Part shown: piece by piece, positions 28,881 to 37,900 of the stretch
Numbering within the stretch: the first letter of the stretch is position 1
Layout: the number at the start of each line of letters is the position of its first letter
Assembly (NCBI GenBank): GCA_949293335.1
Contig: CASFDA010000010.1
Span: 2,567-66,566, forward strand
Length of the DNA: 64,000 nucleotides
Source: an uncultured Spirochaetales bacterium
Lineage (GTDB): Bacteria > Spirochaetota > Spirochaetia > Sphaerochaetales > Sphaerochaetaceae
Reading direction: 5' to 3'
Position numbers and translations under genes: made by a program
Notes under the pieces: generated by a model
What the model saw: the letters and a program-made list of their open reading frames with translations, nothing else
Told to the model about the DNA's origin: nothing
Databases searched by the model: none

Positions 28881-29308
28881 TAATGATTTAAATAATGGAT
28901 TATTACTTTTGCCAGAAAAAACGAGTATCCTAAAGAGGAGCTATCTTAATATAATTACAAATATCCATGAAAGAAAAAGTGTTGTGAAGATTAAACGATA
29001 ACAATAACAACCTACTCTTAATGTAGATATACAATGCGTCTTCAATAAAGAAATTGACACTATTGTTTTTCAATTATTAATTATGTCGATTTGTACGGTA
29101 ACTTGAGGATTCAAAGGAAGATGACTCAAAAAAGATAGGTAATGGAAGATGTTGTTAGTTTATCAGAATGTACTGATAAAGCTTTAGTGTTTTTCGAGAT
29201 TTAGATTGTTTTTACTAAACGAAAAGCATTAATAAAGTTTCCTTCTATATTTTTGTCCTATTGACCGTATATATACCATATTTGTATTCTGAAGAAAACT
29301 GAACATAT

Positions 29309-30271
29309 ATGAAGCTTATAACATTTGACAATATAAAATCATTGAATATAAACCCTGTGGATTGTTATAACTGGGTTGTCGATATGATTGCACATAAATC
29401 AACTGCAATCCTTCCTGCAAAAACCCATATGGATTTGTCTTGTGGTGTTTTCTGCAATGTTATGCCTAGTATAATTAAGATGTCGGACTGTAATTGGGGC
29501 GGAGTAAAAATTGTTACAAGGTATCCTCAACGAAGTCCTTCTCTTGATAGCAAAATACTTCTTTGGAATGCTGATTCTGGAGAATTCTTGGCTTTACTTG
29601 ATGGAAATTGGATCACTGCAATGCGAACAGGTGCAGTAGCAGCACATTCGATTAATTGTTTTGCAAAACAAGATTTTTATTCTATAGGAATTATTGGATT
29701 AGGGAATGTTGCTAGATCAACCCTTTTGGTTCTTGCATCTGTAATTAAACGAAAAATAAATATTAAGTTACTAAAATATAAAAATCAGGCTGAGCTATTT
29801 ATTGAAAGGTTTAAAGAATATAAAAACTTGCAGTTTACAATAGTAAATTCTGTACAGGATCTTATTGTAGGGTCAGATGTTATTATCTCATGTGCGACAT
29901 ATTTTGAAAATAATATTGCTTGCGATGAATGGTTTGACGAAGGAGTACTTTTACTTCCTATACATACAAGGGGATTCCTGAATTGTGATTTATTTTTCGA
30001 TAAGATTTATGCTGATGATACATCACATGTAGCACATTTTAAATATTTCAATAATTTTAAACATTTTGCAGAGGTCAGTGACTATGTTTGTGGACAAGAT
30101 ATAGGCCGTGAAAATAATCAAGAGAGAATTTTAGTTTATAATATTGGTCTTTCAATTCATGATATATATTATGCATCGCATATTTATAAAGAGATAATGA
30201 AAAGAACTGAGCTATATAACTCTTTGGTGAACTTAAGGCTAGAAGAACCTACTCAGAAATTTTGGATATAA
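29309..30271 (+). CDS. ornithine cyclodeaminase / mu-crystallin family NAD(P)-dependent enzyme
   Basis: WITAMRTGAVAAHSI followed by the Rossmann loop IGIIGLGNVARS, with overall length 320 aa, as in the OCD/mu-crystallin family. Confidence 0.7.
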   Translation: MKLITFDNIKSLNINPVDCYNWVVDMIAHKSTAILPAKTHMDLSCGVFCNVMPSIIKMSDCNWGGVKIVTRYPQRSPSLDSKILLWNADSGEFLALLDGNWITAMRTGAVAAHSINCFAKQDFYSIGIIGLGNVARSTLLVLASVIKRKINIKLLKYKNQAELFIERFKEYKNLQFTIVNSVQDLIVGSDVIISCATYFENNIACDEWFDEGVLLLPIHTRGFLNCDLFFDKIYADDTSHVAHFKYFNNFKHFAEVSDYVCGQDIGRENNQERILVYNIGLSIHDIYYASHIYKEIMKRTELYNSLVNLRLEEPTQKFWI

Positions 30272-30382
30272 TTGTAACTTTCTTTTCAGAACTGAATGGT
30301 ATGTATGTTTTTAAAATGTGAATTGTTTGTTGTATCAAAAGAGAATATCATCAGATAAAATTTGCAAAATCAAGGAAGTAAT

Positions 30383-32206
30383 ATGCAGGCAATAATACTC
30401 GCAGCAGGTATGGGACGGAGATTAAAATCCCTTACAAAATATAATACAAAATGTATGGTATCAGTTAATGGTCAAACACTAATAGAGAGAATGTTGCTTT
30501 TTCTTGAAAAGCTAAACTTTTCAAGAATTATAATTGTTGTTGGTTATAAAGCTGAAAATTTAATAAATTATGTTAAGAACTTAGAAATTAATACTGAAAT
30601 TATCTTCATACATAATTATGAATACGAACATACGAATAATATTTTTTCTTTATATTTAGCAAAGTCTGAATTAGAAAAAGAAGATACAATTCTTTTAGAG
30701 TCGGATATAATTTTTGAATATGAAATGCTTGAGGAATTATATTTTGATTCTTCTCCAAATGTTGCTATTGTCTCCAAATGGGAAAGTTGGATGGATGGGA
30801 CTGTTGTAGTATTGGACGATGCTACAAAAGTTACACAAATTATAGACAAGAAGCATTTTGACTATTTAAAAGTTAATGAATACTATAAAACTGTTAATAT
30901 TTACAAGTTTAGTAAAGAATTTTCAAAAAATAAATATATCCCATTTTTGGAAGCATATATTAGAGTTTTTGGTAATAATCAATACTATGAACAAGTTTTA
31001 CGTGTAATAACTTTAATTGATAAAGCGGATTTGAAAGCCTTCATTACAGAAAGAAAGTGGTATGAAATAGATGATGTTCTGGATTTAGATGTTGCAGAGC
31101 TTATTTTTGAGGAAAATAAAGAGCAGAAATATAATTCAATTTGCCATAGATATGGTGGATATTGGAGATTCCCCAAGCTCATTGATTTTTGTTATTTGGT
31201 GAATCCGTATTTCCCGCCTGCTGTTTTTGAAGAAAATTTAAAAATATCTTTTTCTTCTCTTCTAACTCAATATCCTTCTGGTCAGTTGCCCAATGCCCTG
31301 TTGGCGGCAAATTTATTTGATTTAAATCAAGATTCCGTTATCGTTGGGAATGGTGCAGCCGAATTGATTTCAGCTGTCACTAGGCAATTTAAAACAGCAA
31401 AATTTGGCATATGTTTACCCTCGTTTGAAGAGTATTTAAATCGGATACAAAAAACAAATGCTGTTATTTTTAATGCTATTCCACCAACATATAGATATTC
31501 TGCTGATGATTTGATTGACTTTTTTTCTTCAAAAAAAATTGATTTTCTTGTTTTAGTTAATCCTGATAATCCTACAGGATCTTATATAGATGGTGATGGA
31601 ATACAAAAATTGGTTGCTTGGACGCAAAAAAAACAAATCATGTTAATCATTGATGAATCTTTTGTTGATTTTGCAGATAAGCCCTATTCTGTTCTAAACC
31701 AGGACTTTTTGGACAGAAATAAAAATGTTTTAGTAATAAAAAGTATTTCGAAATCATATGGGATACCTGGTGTCAGACTTGGAATTATGGCATCGGCAAA
31801 CACTAAAATTATATCTGCTATTCGAAGTTTTATTTCAATTTGGAATATCAATTCTTTTGGTGAGTACTGTTTACAAATTTTGGAAAAGTATTCAAATGAA
31901 TATGTATCTTCCTTAAAATTACTTCGGGCAGAAAGAACTTTTCTTTATGATGAATTGTGTAAGATAAAACAAGTTCATCCTGTAGAATCTCAGGCAAATT
32001 ATATTATGTGTAAATTGGATCTTGATTCTAGTTATATTTCATCTGAATTATTTACATCATATAATATTTTAATAAAGGATTTATCAAAGAAGAAAGGAAT
32101 AACTGGGAATTATGTTCGAATAGCTATTCGAAATAGACAAGACAATTTAAAATTGCTTGCAGCTCTGTATAAAGTTTTTGATGATTATTATAGGAAGACG
32201 AAATAA
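30383..32206 (+). CDS. bifunctional nucleotidyltransferase (LicC/GlmU-like N-domain) / fold-type I PLP enzyme (HisC/CobD-like C-domain)
   Basis: N-domain: MQAIILAAGMGRRLKSLTKYNTKCMVSVNG. C-domain: VNPYFPP, GNGAAELI, NPDNPTG, DESFVDF, and SISKSYGIPGVRLG with the PLP Lys. Start at ATG 30383 behind AAGGAAG; the track start is a TTG. Confidence 0.75.
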   Translation: MQAIILAAGMGRRLKSLTKYNTKCMVSVNGQTLIERMLLFLEKLNFSRIIIVVGYKAENLINYVKNLEINTEIIFIHNYEYEHTNNIFSLYLAKSELEKEDTILLESDIIFEYEMLEELYFDSSPNVAIVSKWESWMDGTVVVLDDATKVTQIIDKKHFDYLKVNEYYKTVNIYKFSKEFSKNKYIPFLEAYIRVFGNNQYYEQVLRVITLIDKADLKAFITERKWYEIDDVLDLDVAELIFEENKEQKYNSICHRYGGYWRFPKLIDFCYLVNPYFPPAVFEENLKISFSSLLTQYPSGQLPNALLAANLFDLNQDSVIVGNGAAELISAVTRQFKTAKFGICLPSFEEYLNRIQKTNAVIFNAIPPTYRYSADDLIDFFSSKKIDFLVLVNPDNPTGSYIDGDGIQKLVAWTQKKQIMLIIDESFVDFADKPYSVLNQDFLDRNKNVLVIKSISKSYGIPGVRLGIMASANTKIISAIRSFISIWNINSFGEYCLQILEKYSNEYVSSLKLLRAERTFLYDELCKIKQVHPVESQANYIMCKLDLDSSYISSELFTSYNILIKDLSKKKGITGNYVRIAIRNRQDNLKLLAALYKVFDDYYRKTK

Positions 32207-32290
32207 ATCAATTTTATTTGCTATGTCATAAATCTAGTTATAGGTAAAGGTTGTAGTAAATAGGAGGATAAATGTAATAGAGGTTTTATT

Positions 32291-33301
32291 TTAAATAAAA
32301 ATATAATTAGTTCTCGTGGTTTCCTGCCACCAGTCTTCATTAGAAAGATACCAATCAATTGTCTTCTCAATCCCGTCTGCAAACATAGTTTCAGGAAGCC
32401 AATCTAGTTCCGTGTGTATTTTTTCCGGATCGATTGCATATCTCTGGTCATGTCCTTTTCTGTCTGCAACAAACTCTATCAATGATTCTGGTTTGTTGAG
32501 CTTTTTGAGAATGAGCTTAACTATATCTATATTTCTCATCTCATTATGGCCACCAATATTGTAGATTTCTCCATCTTTTCCTTTGTGTAAGATGAGATCT
32601 ATTGCCTTGCAATGGTCCTCAACATATAACCAGTCTCTTACATTGATACCTTTGCCATAGACAGGCAGTTTCTTGTCATTCAGTGCATTGATAATCATCA
32701 GAGGAATCAACTTCTCAGGAAATTGATAGGGACCATAGTTGTTGGAACATCTTGAGATCGTTACAGGTAGTCCATATGTTCTGTGGTAGGCTTGCACCAA
32801 AAGGTCAGCCGATGCTTTGGATGCACTATATGGAGAACTTGTATGGAGTGGGGTAGTCTCTTTAAAGAGAAGATCAGGTCTGTCCAGAGGTAGATCTCCA
32901 TATACCTCGTCAGTAGATACCTGATGAAACCGACTGACTCCATATTTTTTGGATGCATCCATGAGCACAGATGTTCCGATGATGTTTGTTTCCAAAAAGA
33001 TACCTGGATTCTCAATTGATCTATCGACATGGCTCTCTGCTGCAAAGTTGACTACAATATCTGGATGGTACTCTGTAAAAACAGCATCAATTGCGTTTCT
33101 GTCTCTGATATCTCTTCTGATGAACTTGAACTGCGGATTATCCATTACATCTTTGAGGGTAGATAGGTTTCCTGCATATGTAAGAGCATCAAGACAGATT
33201 ATATGGTAATCTGGATGCTTTTTAAGCATGTGGAATACAAAGTTTGAGCCAATAAAGCCAGCGCCACCAGTTACTAGAATTCGCAATTGTTTTCTCCCCA
33301 T
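32291..33301 (-). CDS. rfbB: dTDP-glucose 4,6-dehydratase
   Basis: ILVTGGAGFIGSNF, SPYSASKASADLLVQAY (YxxxK), 336 aa. Collinear with RmlB/RfbB throughout. Confidence 0.9.
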   Translation of the reverse strand: MGRKQLRILVTGGAGFIGSNFVFHMLKKHPDYHIICLDALTYAGNLSTLKDVMDNPQFKFIRRDIRDRNAIDAVFTEYHPDIVVNFAAESHVDRSIENPGIFLETNIIGTSVLMDASKKYGVSRFHQVSTDEVYGDLPLDRPDLLFKETTPLHTSSPYSASKASADLLVQAYHRTYGLPVTISRCSNNYGPYQFPEKLIPLMIINALNDKKLPVYGKGINVRDWLYVEDHCKAIDLILHKGKDGEIYNIGGHNEMRNIDIVKLILKKLNKPESLIEFVADRKGHDQRYAIDPEKIHTELDWLPETMFADGIEKTIDWYLSNEDWWQETTRTNYIFI

Positions 33302-34006
33302 GAAAACATGATTTCAATTTGATGCTAATGTGCAATCAGGTTTTGGACAATGTATTTTGATAAACAATAAGAATAATTTACTGGTTTTCGTTGTGCATGA
33401 TCTTTTGGAATTTGATAGAGGAAAGGATTAGATCACAACATTATGGTGACTAATTTGTGGCAATAAGCAAAACCCTCTTTCTTATAAGATTTTCAACGAA
33501 TGAAAGAATGATACAGGGGAGGGTGTACAGAGAACGAAGACCTCCTTGTTGTGTTGTTTAATTAAAGTCTCCATGTTTGAATATCGCCTCAGCATAAATT
33601 TATCTGCGTCTGTATCCTTTGTTTCCATGTTCAATTGAGATTGAATTCACTGGTTTTCGATACATATCAATTCGATAGATTATGTCTCTGCAATGGGCTA
33701 ATTTATGCATGTGCAGCAATGCCATCGTTACGGGAGGAATATACCTTTCCTGATGCGATTTGGCTTCAAAATTCATGTTAGCCGGTTGATAGGCCTCCTG
33801 TGTTCCTTGTCATATGGCTATAGATACATTGCCAATAGTAAAAGATGCAATTGGATATAGATAATTATATATTAAATAAAAGATTATCTATAAAAATTTA
33901 TCAATCTTTATTTTTGTAAAGGCACTTTGCATAATAAAATTGCAGTGTTTGAATGCACAACAAGCTGATCGTGTCAATACCTGAAAATCTTTTACGATAA
34001 ATTTTC

Positions 34007-34036
34007 TTGACAACTTGAAAAAATGGCCCTTAGAAT
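34007..34036 (+). promoter_or_regulatory. putative sigma70-type promoter of the LacI-headed operon
   Basis: TTGACA (34007-34012), 18-nt spacer, TAGAAT (34031-34036), about 55 nt upstream of GTG 34092, which is preceded by an AAAGGAGG RBS. Confidence 0.5.
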
Positions 34037-34070
34037 CTAGTTAACTAGTTCACTAATTGAACTGGTTCAC
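34037..34070 (+). promoter_or_regulatory. tandem palindromic operator-like sites
   Basis: CTAGTTAACTAG (34037-34048) is a perfect palindrome. TGAACTGGTTCA (34058-34069) is palindromic except for the central 2 nt. AACTAGTTCAC and AACTGGTTCAC repeat 17 nt apart. The sites lie immediately downstream of the -10 box. Confidence 0.45.
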
Positions 34071-34091
34071 CAATGCAAAGGAGGACGTGCT

Positions 34092-35123
34092 GTGGGTAAT
34101 GTAAACATCTCTCAGGTTGCCAAAGTCGCCAATGTTTCGAAGGCCACGGTGTCATATTATCTGAATGGCAATTTCGAAAAAATGTCACTCGCAACACGAA
34201 AGAAGCTGGACAAGGTTGTCCATGATCTTGAATACATTCCTTCTCTTGGAGCGCAATCGCTCAGCAGAAGAAGAAAGTCGATGACGATTGGTGTTGTACT
34301 TGAGCAGACCTATGTATTCTCTTCGTACAGCATGGACTTCTTCATGAACATGGTGAAGTATCTGGGTAGCGTGACAATTGGCGCTGGGTACAAGATGGTC
34401 ATAATCCCTGATTCAGAGTCAGGAAGCGAAGATATTGTCGAGTACGTGCTCAGTATGGCAGGCCTTGTTGACGGATTCTTCCTTTTCAACCTTCAGGAAA
34501 AGGATGTCTATATAAAAGCATTCAAGGCTAGGAAGATACCGTTTGTCTGTTTCGGCTATCCTTTTGATGAGACTGTGAACAACTACATTGCTACAGATCA
34601 GGGGAAAGGTATCAAAATGGGAGTGGAGTGGTTCTTTTCCCAGGGTGTTGATGGAGTTGTGATTTCCCTTTCCCATGCAGCTCAGGTTGTTTCAAGACAG
34701 TACTATGATGGGTATCTTGATGCCCATAGGCAGCTTGGCCGTCAGATTGACGACGATTTCGTCATCCGCAAGATAAAACCAGAAAGTGATGATCTGAAAA
34801 ATGCTTTTGTAAAGATCTTCGCGAAAGAGTCAAAGAAGATTGGATTCATTATCTCGTATCGCCAGCTGGCTGTGCTTACATCTGTCGCAGATGAATTGGG
34901 GAAATGCCTTTGTAAGGATTTTGCTGTGATACTTTTGGATTATTTCCCAGATTTCGGGTCTGATCTGAAGTATGCGCGCATTGTATGTCCGATGGAGGAG
35001 CTTGGAACAACTGGGGCAAAGATGCTTCTCAGGGCAATTGAAGAAAATGATATAAAGAAGCTCGAACCGAAGCTGTTCGATCCTGAATTCATAAAGGGAG
35101 ATTCTTGTTTTTTTGGTGAATGA
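34092..35123 (+). CDS. LacI-family transcriptional regulator
   Basis: N-terminal HTH NISQVAKVANVSKATVSYYLNG plus a periplasmic-binding-protein-like effector domain. 343 aa, GTG start. Confidence 0.9.
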   Translation: MGNVNISQVAKVANVSKATVSYYLNGNFEKMSLATRKKLDKVVHDLEYIPSLGAQSLSRRRKSMTIGVVLEQTYVFSSYSMDFFMNMVKYLGSVTIGAGYKMVIIPDSESGSEDIVEYVLSMAGLVDGFFLFNLQEKDVYIKAFKARKIPFVCFGYPFDETVNNYIATDQGKGIKMGVEWFFSQGVDGVVISLSHAAQVVSRQYYDGYLDAHRQLGRQIDDDFVIRKIKPESDDLKNAFVKIFAKESKKIGFIISYRQLAVLTSVADELGKCLCKDFAVILLDYFPDFGSDLKYARIVCPMEELGTTGAKMLLRAIEENDIKKLEPKLFDPEFIKGDSCFFGE

Positions 35124-35177
35124 TGCAGATGTACCCTGTCAAAAAGGAGGGCAGGGCATTTGCAAAAAGGAGGAAAT

Positions 35178-36839
35178 ATGAAAAGCAGAAATAACATCTT
35201 TGTTGTTTTTCTTGTCATGATGCTTGTCTGTTCCCTTTTTGTATCTTGTTCAAAGAGTGAATCGACGACAACGTCCGGCGACGCTGCCAGCACATCAGCT
35301 GCTACATCTGTAGAAAACACAGAAGCGACAGCTGATACTGCAACATCTGGATCTGAAGTTCCACCTCCCAGAGGAGGGAAGACACTGACGGTTGCATTCT
35401 CTGAGAATGTCGTCAATATCGATCCGCTGGACCAGTCGAACATGATCGGAAGCCTTCAGAACAACATGTATATCGAACCTCTCGTGTTCTATAGTTCTGT
35501 TGGTGGCTACGTACCATGTCTTGCTACATCATGGGAATCCAACGAAGATGGTACAGAATGGACATTCCACCTCAGAGAAGGTGTATATTTCCATAATGGT
35601 GAAGAATTTGACTCTGCAGACTGTGCAGTCACGTTCCAGAGAATTCTTGACAACCTTACAACACTCAACAATCCGTTGCAGTACTGGCCTTCCCTCATTG
35701 GCTATGAGGTAATCGACAAGTATACATTCAAGATCATACTCTCAGAACCTCAGTCTGCAATTCTCGCATCCCTTTACCTGACACCGATCCTTCCGAACGA
35801 AGCATTCGAAGAGTATGGCACAAAGCTCTGGACTGACCAGCATCTTGTAGGAACAGGTCCTTGGAAGTTCGTGCAGTGGATTGACGGACAGTATATCGAA
35901 TTCGAGAAGAATGAGAACTACTGGGACAAGGAGAACTATGATCCTTATTACGACAGGATTATCTTCCGCTACACAAAGGAGCCAGCATCTACTGTAGCTT
36001 CCCACATCGCAGGAGATATCCAGCTCAATATTTCTTCTGGCGGAATCAACCCTGATATTCTTCCTCTCTATAAGGGAACCGAAGATATAATCAACATGAT
36101 TTCTTTCGATTCCGGACAGGAGATGTACGTTGGCTTCAGCTGCAAGGAAGGCAGTCCGTTCGCAGATAAGAAAGTCAGGGAAGCTTTTGATTACGCTATC
36201 GACAGACAGGCAATCATCGACAACATCATCGGAAGCGGAAAGGTTCCAAACGGTGTCATCACCGATACTGTCGACGGGTACAATCCTGACCTCCAGGGTT
36301 ATACATACGATCCTGAGAAGGCAAAGCAGCTTCTTGCTGAAAGTTCATACAATGGCGAGGAGATCACCCTCATGTGCAATACTTCGCTTCTGAAGGGTGA
36401 GGCAATCATGCTTGCTATGTCTGAAATGCTCAATGCTGTCGGATTCAATACTAATGTCCAGGTTGTTGAGGTTGCTGTATTGAACAATGTCAGAAAGACT
36501 GGCGACTATGATGTCTTTGCAGTCGCATGGATGTTTGCCGCTTCTGATCCTGGCCAGTTCCTCACTCTCCGTGTCATGAACGATGGCCACCACACATTCT
36601 ATCAGAATGAAGAGCTCAATGATCTCATCGCACAGAGCAACAAGGAGATGGATCCTGAGAAGAGGGCAGAACTTGTCCGCCAGTGTGCTCAGATCATGGA
36701 TGAGGAACATGCACCATACAGTGCATTCGCACAGCTGAGAATCACATATGCAGCAGACAAGGGAATCGTTGGTCTTGAAGGCCTGTATGATGACTGGTTC
36801 ACGCTCAAGTATGTTGATTATGACCCAACTGCAAAATAA
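35178..36839 (+). CDS. ABC transporter substrate-binding lipoprotein, family 5 (Opp/Dpp/opine type)
   Basis: Lipoprotein signal VMMLVCSLFVSCSKS followed by a Ser/Thr/Ala-rich linker. Length (553 aa) and blocks such as GTGPWKFVQW are typical of SBP_bac_5. ATG 35178 lies behind AAAGGAGGA. Confidence 0.85.
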   Translation: MKSRNNIFVVFLVMMLVCSLFVSCSKSESTTTSGDAASTSAATSVENTEATADTATSGSEVPPPRGGKTLTVAFSENVVNIDPLDQSNMIGSLQNNMYIEPLVFYSSVGGYVPCLATSWESNEDGTEWTFHLREGVYFHNGEEFDSADCAVTFQRILDNLTTLNNPLQYWPSLIGYEVIDKYTFKIILSEPQSAILASLYLTPILPNEAFEEYGTKLWTDQHLVGTGPWKFVQWIDGQYIEFEKNENYWDKENYDPYYDRIIFRYTKEPASTVASHIAGDIQLNISSGGINPDILPLYKGTEDIINMISFDSGQEMYVGFSCKEGSPFADKKVREAFDYAIDRQAIIDNIIGSGKVPNGVITDTVDGYNPDLQGYTYDPEKAKQLLAESSYNGEEITLMCNTSLLKGEAIMLAMSEMLNAVGFNTNVQVVEVAVLNNVRKTGDYDVFAVAWMFAASDPGQFLTLRVMNDGHHTFYQNEELNDLIAQSNKEMDPEKRAELVRQCAQIMDEEHAPYSAFAQLRITYAADKGIVGLEGLYDDWFTLKYVDYDPTAK

Positions 36840-36850
36840 TTGACCCAATC

Positions 36851-36880
36851 TGCGTGTCCCCTTTATCAGGGGGACATGCA
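36851..36880 (+). promoter_or_regulatory. intercistronic stem-loop after the SBP gene
   Basis: TGCGTGTCCCC / loop TTTATCA / GGGGGACATGCA, an 11-bp stem with one G-U pair. No U-tract follows, so it is more likely an mRNA-stabilising or attenuating hairpin than a full terminator. Confidence 0.45.
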
Positions 36881-36974
36881 GACAATAATTCTCTCGCCTT
36901 CAGTACAAGGCAAATTCTGGAAATTCTTTATTTAGGAAAAAAGCAGGCTTTAGGCATCTGCGGAGGAGATTTCT

Positions 36975-37898
36975 GTGCTTAAATACATGATAAAAAAGTT
37001 TTTTGAGGCACTGATTGTATTGTTCTGTGTCTCCATTATTGCTTTCCTGCTTATAAGAATGACACCTGGTAATCCTGCGCTGATGATGCTCCCTGACGGT
37101 GCTCCTGAAGAGGCTGTCAGAGAGATGGAAATACAGCTTGGTCTGGACAAGCCGTTATACGTACAGTACTTCATGTACCTCAGTGATATATTGCATGGTG
37201 ATCTTGGTGTTTCCACTTCTTATAGACAGGATGTCTCTGACATCATATTGGGTAGAATCCCTGTAACGGTGGAGCTCGCACTTCTCTCCGTTTTCTTCGG
37301 ATGCCTGATAGCTATTCCTTTGGGAATCATTGCAGGTTCCAGACAAGGTTCGGCGACCGATTTCTTCTGTATGGTCTTTGCTCTCCTGGGGCAGTCGATG
37401 TCACCTGTCTGGCTATCGGTTCTCAATGTCTTCGTCTTTGGTGTATGGCTGGGCTGGTTGCCGACGATGGGTACTGGTACTTGGGCCCATGCTGTTCTGC
37501 CTGTGCTGACCCTTGCATATCCTATGGCAGCCTCCATAGCAAGGATCGCACGTTCCGGCATGATCGATACGCTTTCTGAGGATTACATCACAGCTACATA
37601 TGCAAAGGGTATTTCAAGTGTGAAAGTACACTGGAAATACGCATTCCGCAATGCTCTCGTTCCTGTTGTAACCCTCGTCGGTCTCCAGCTTGGTTCATTC
37701 CTTGCGGGAACAATCATTGTTGAAACTGTCTTCGGCTGGGCTGGTATCGGTCAGTTGCTGAATCAGTCAGTAGGCAACAGGGACTATGCACTCGTGCAGT
37801 CTCTCCTGCTCATTTCCGCAGCATGTTTCGTAATAATCAACTTCGTCGTTGACGTAATCAATTCTTTCATAGATCCACGCAACAAGCTTGGAGGTTAA
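36975..37898 (+). CDS. ABC transporter permease (DppB/OppB-like)
   Basis: 307 aa, 6 TM, N-terminus MLKYMIKKFF, typical of DppB-type permeases. Confidence 0.9.
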   Translation: MLKYMIKKFFEALIVLFCVSIIAFLLIRMTPGNPALMMLPDGAPEEAVREMEIQLGLDKPLYVQYFMYLSDILHGDLGVSTSYRQDVSDIILGRIPVTVELALLSVFFGCLIAIPLGIIAGSRQGSATDFFCMVFALLGQSMSPVWLSVLNVFVFGVWLGWLPTMGTGTWAHAVLPVLTLAYPMAASIARIARSGMIDTLSEDYITATYAKGISSVKVHWKYAFRNALVPVVTLVGLQLGSFLAGTIIVETVFGWAGIGQLLNQSVGNRDYALVQSLLLISAACFVIINFVVDVINSFIDPRNKLGG

Positions 37899-37900
37899 TC

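Noticed and set aside
34940-35443. 167-aa minus-strand ORF spanning the LacI / SBP junction
   Set aside because: It is antisense to two well supported genes, has a low-complexity Ser/Val/Asp-rich translation, and has no RBS.
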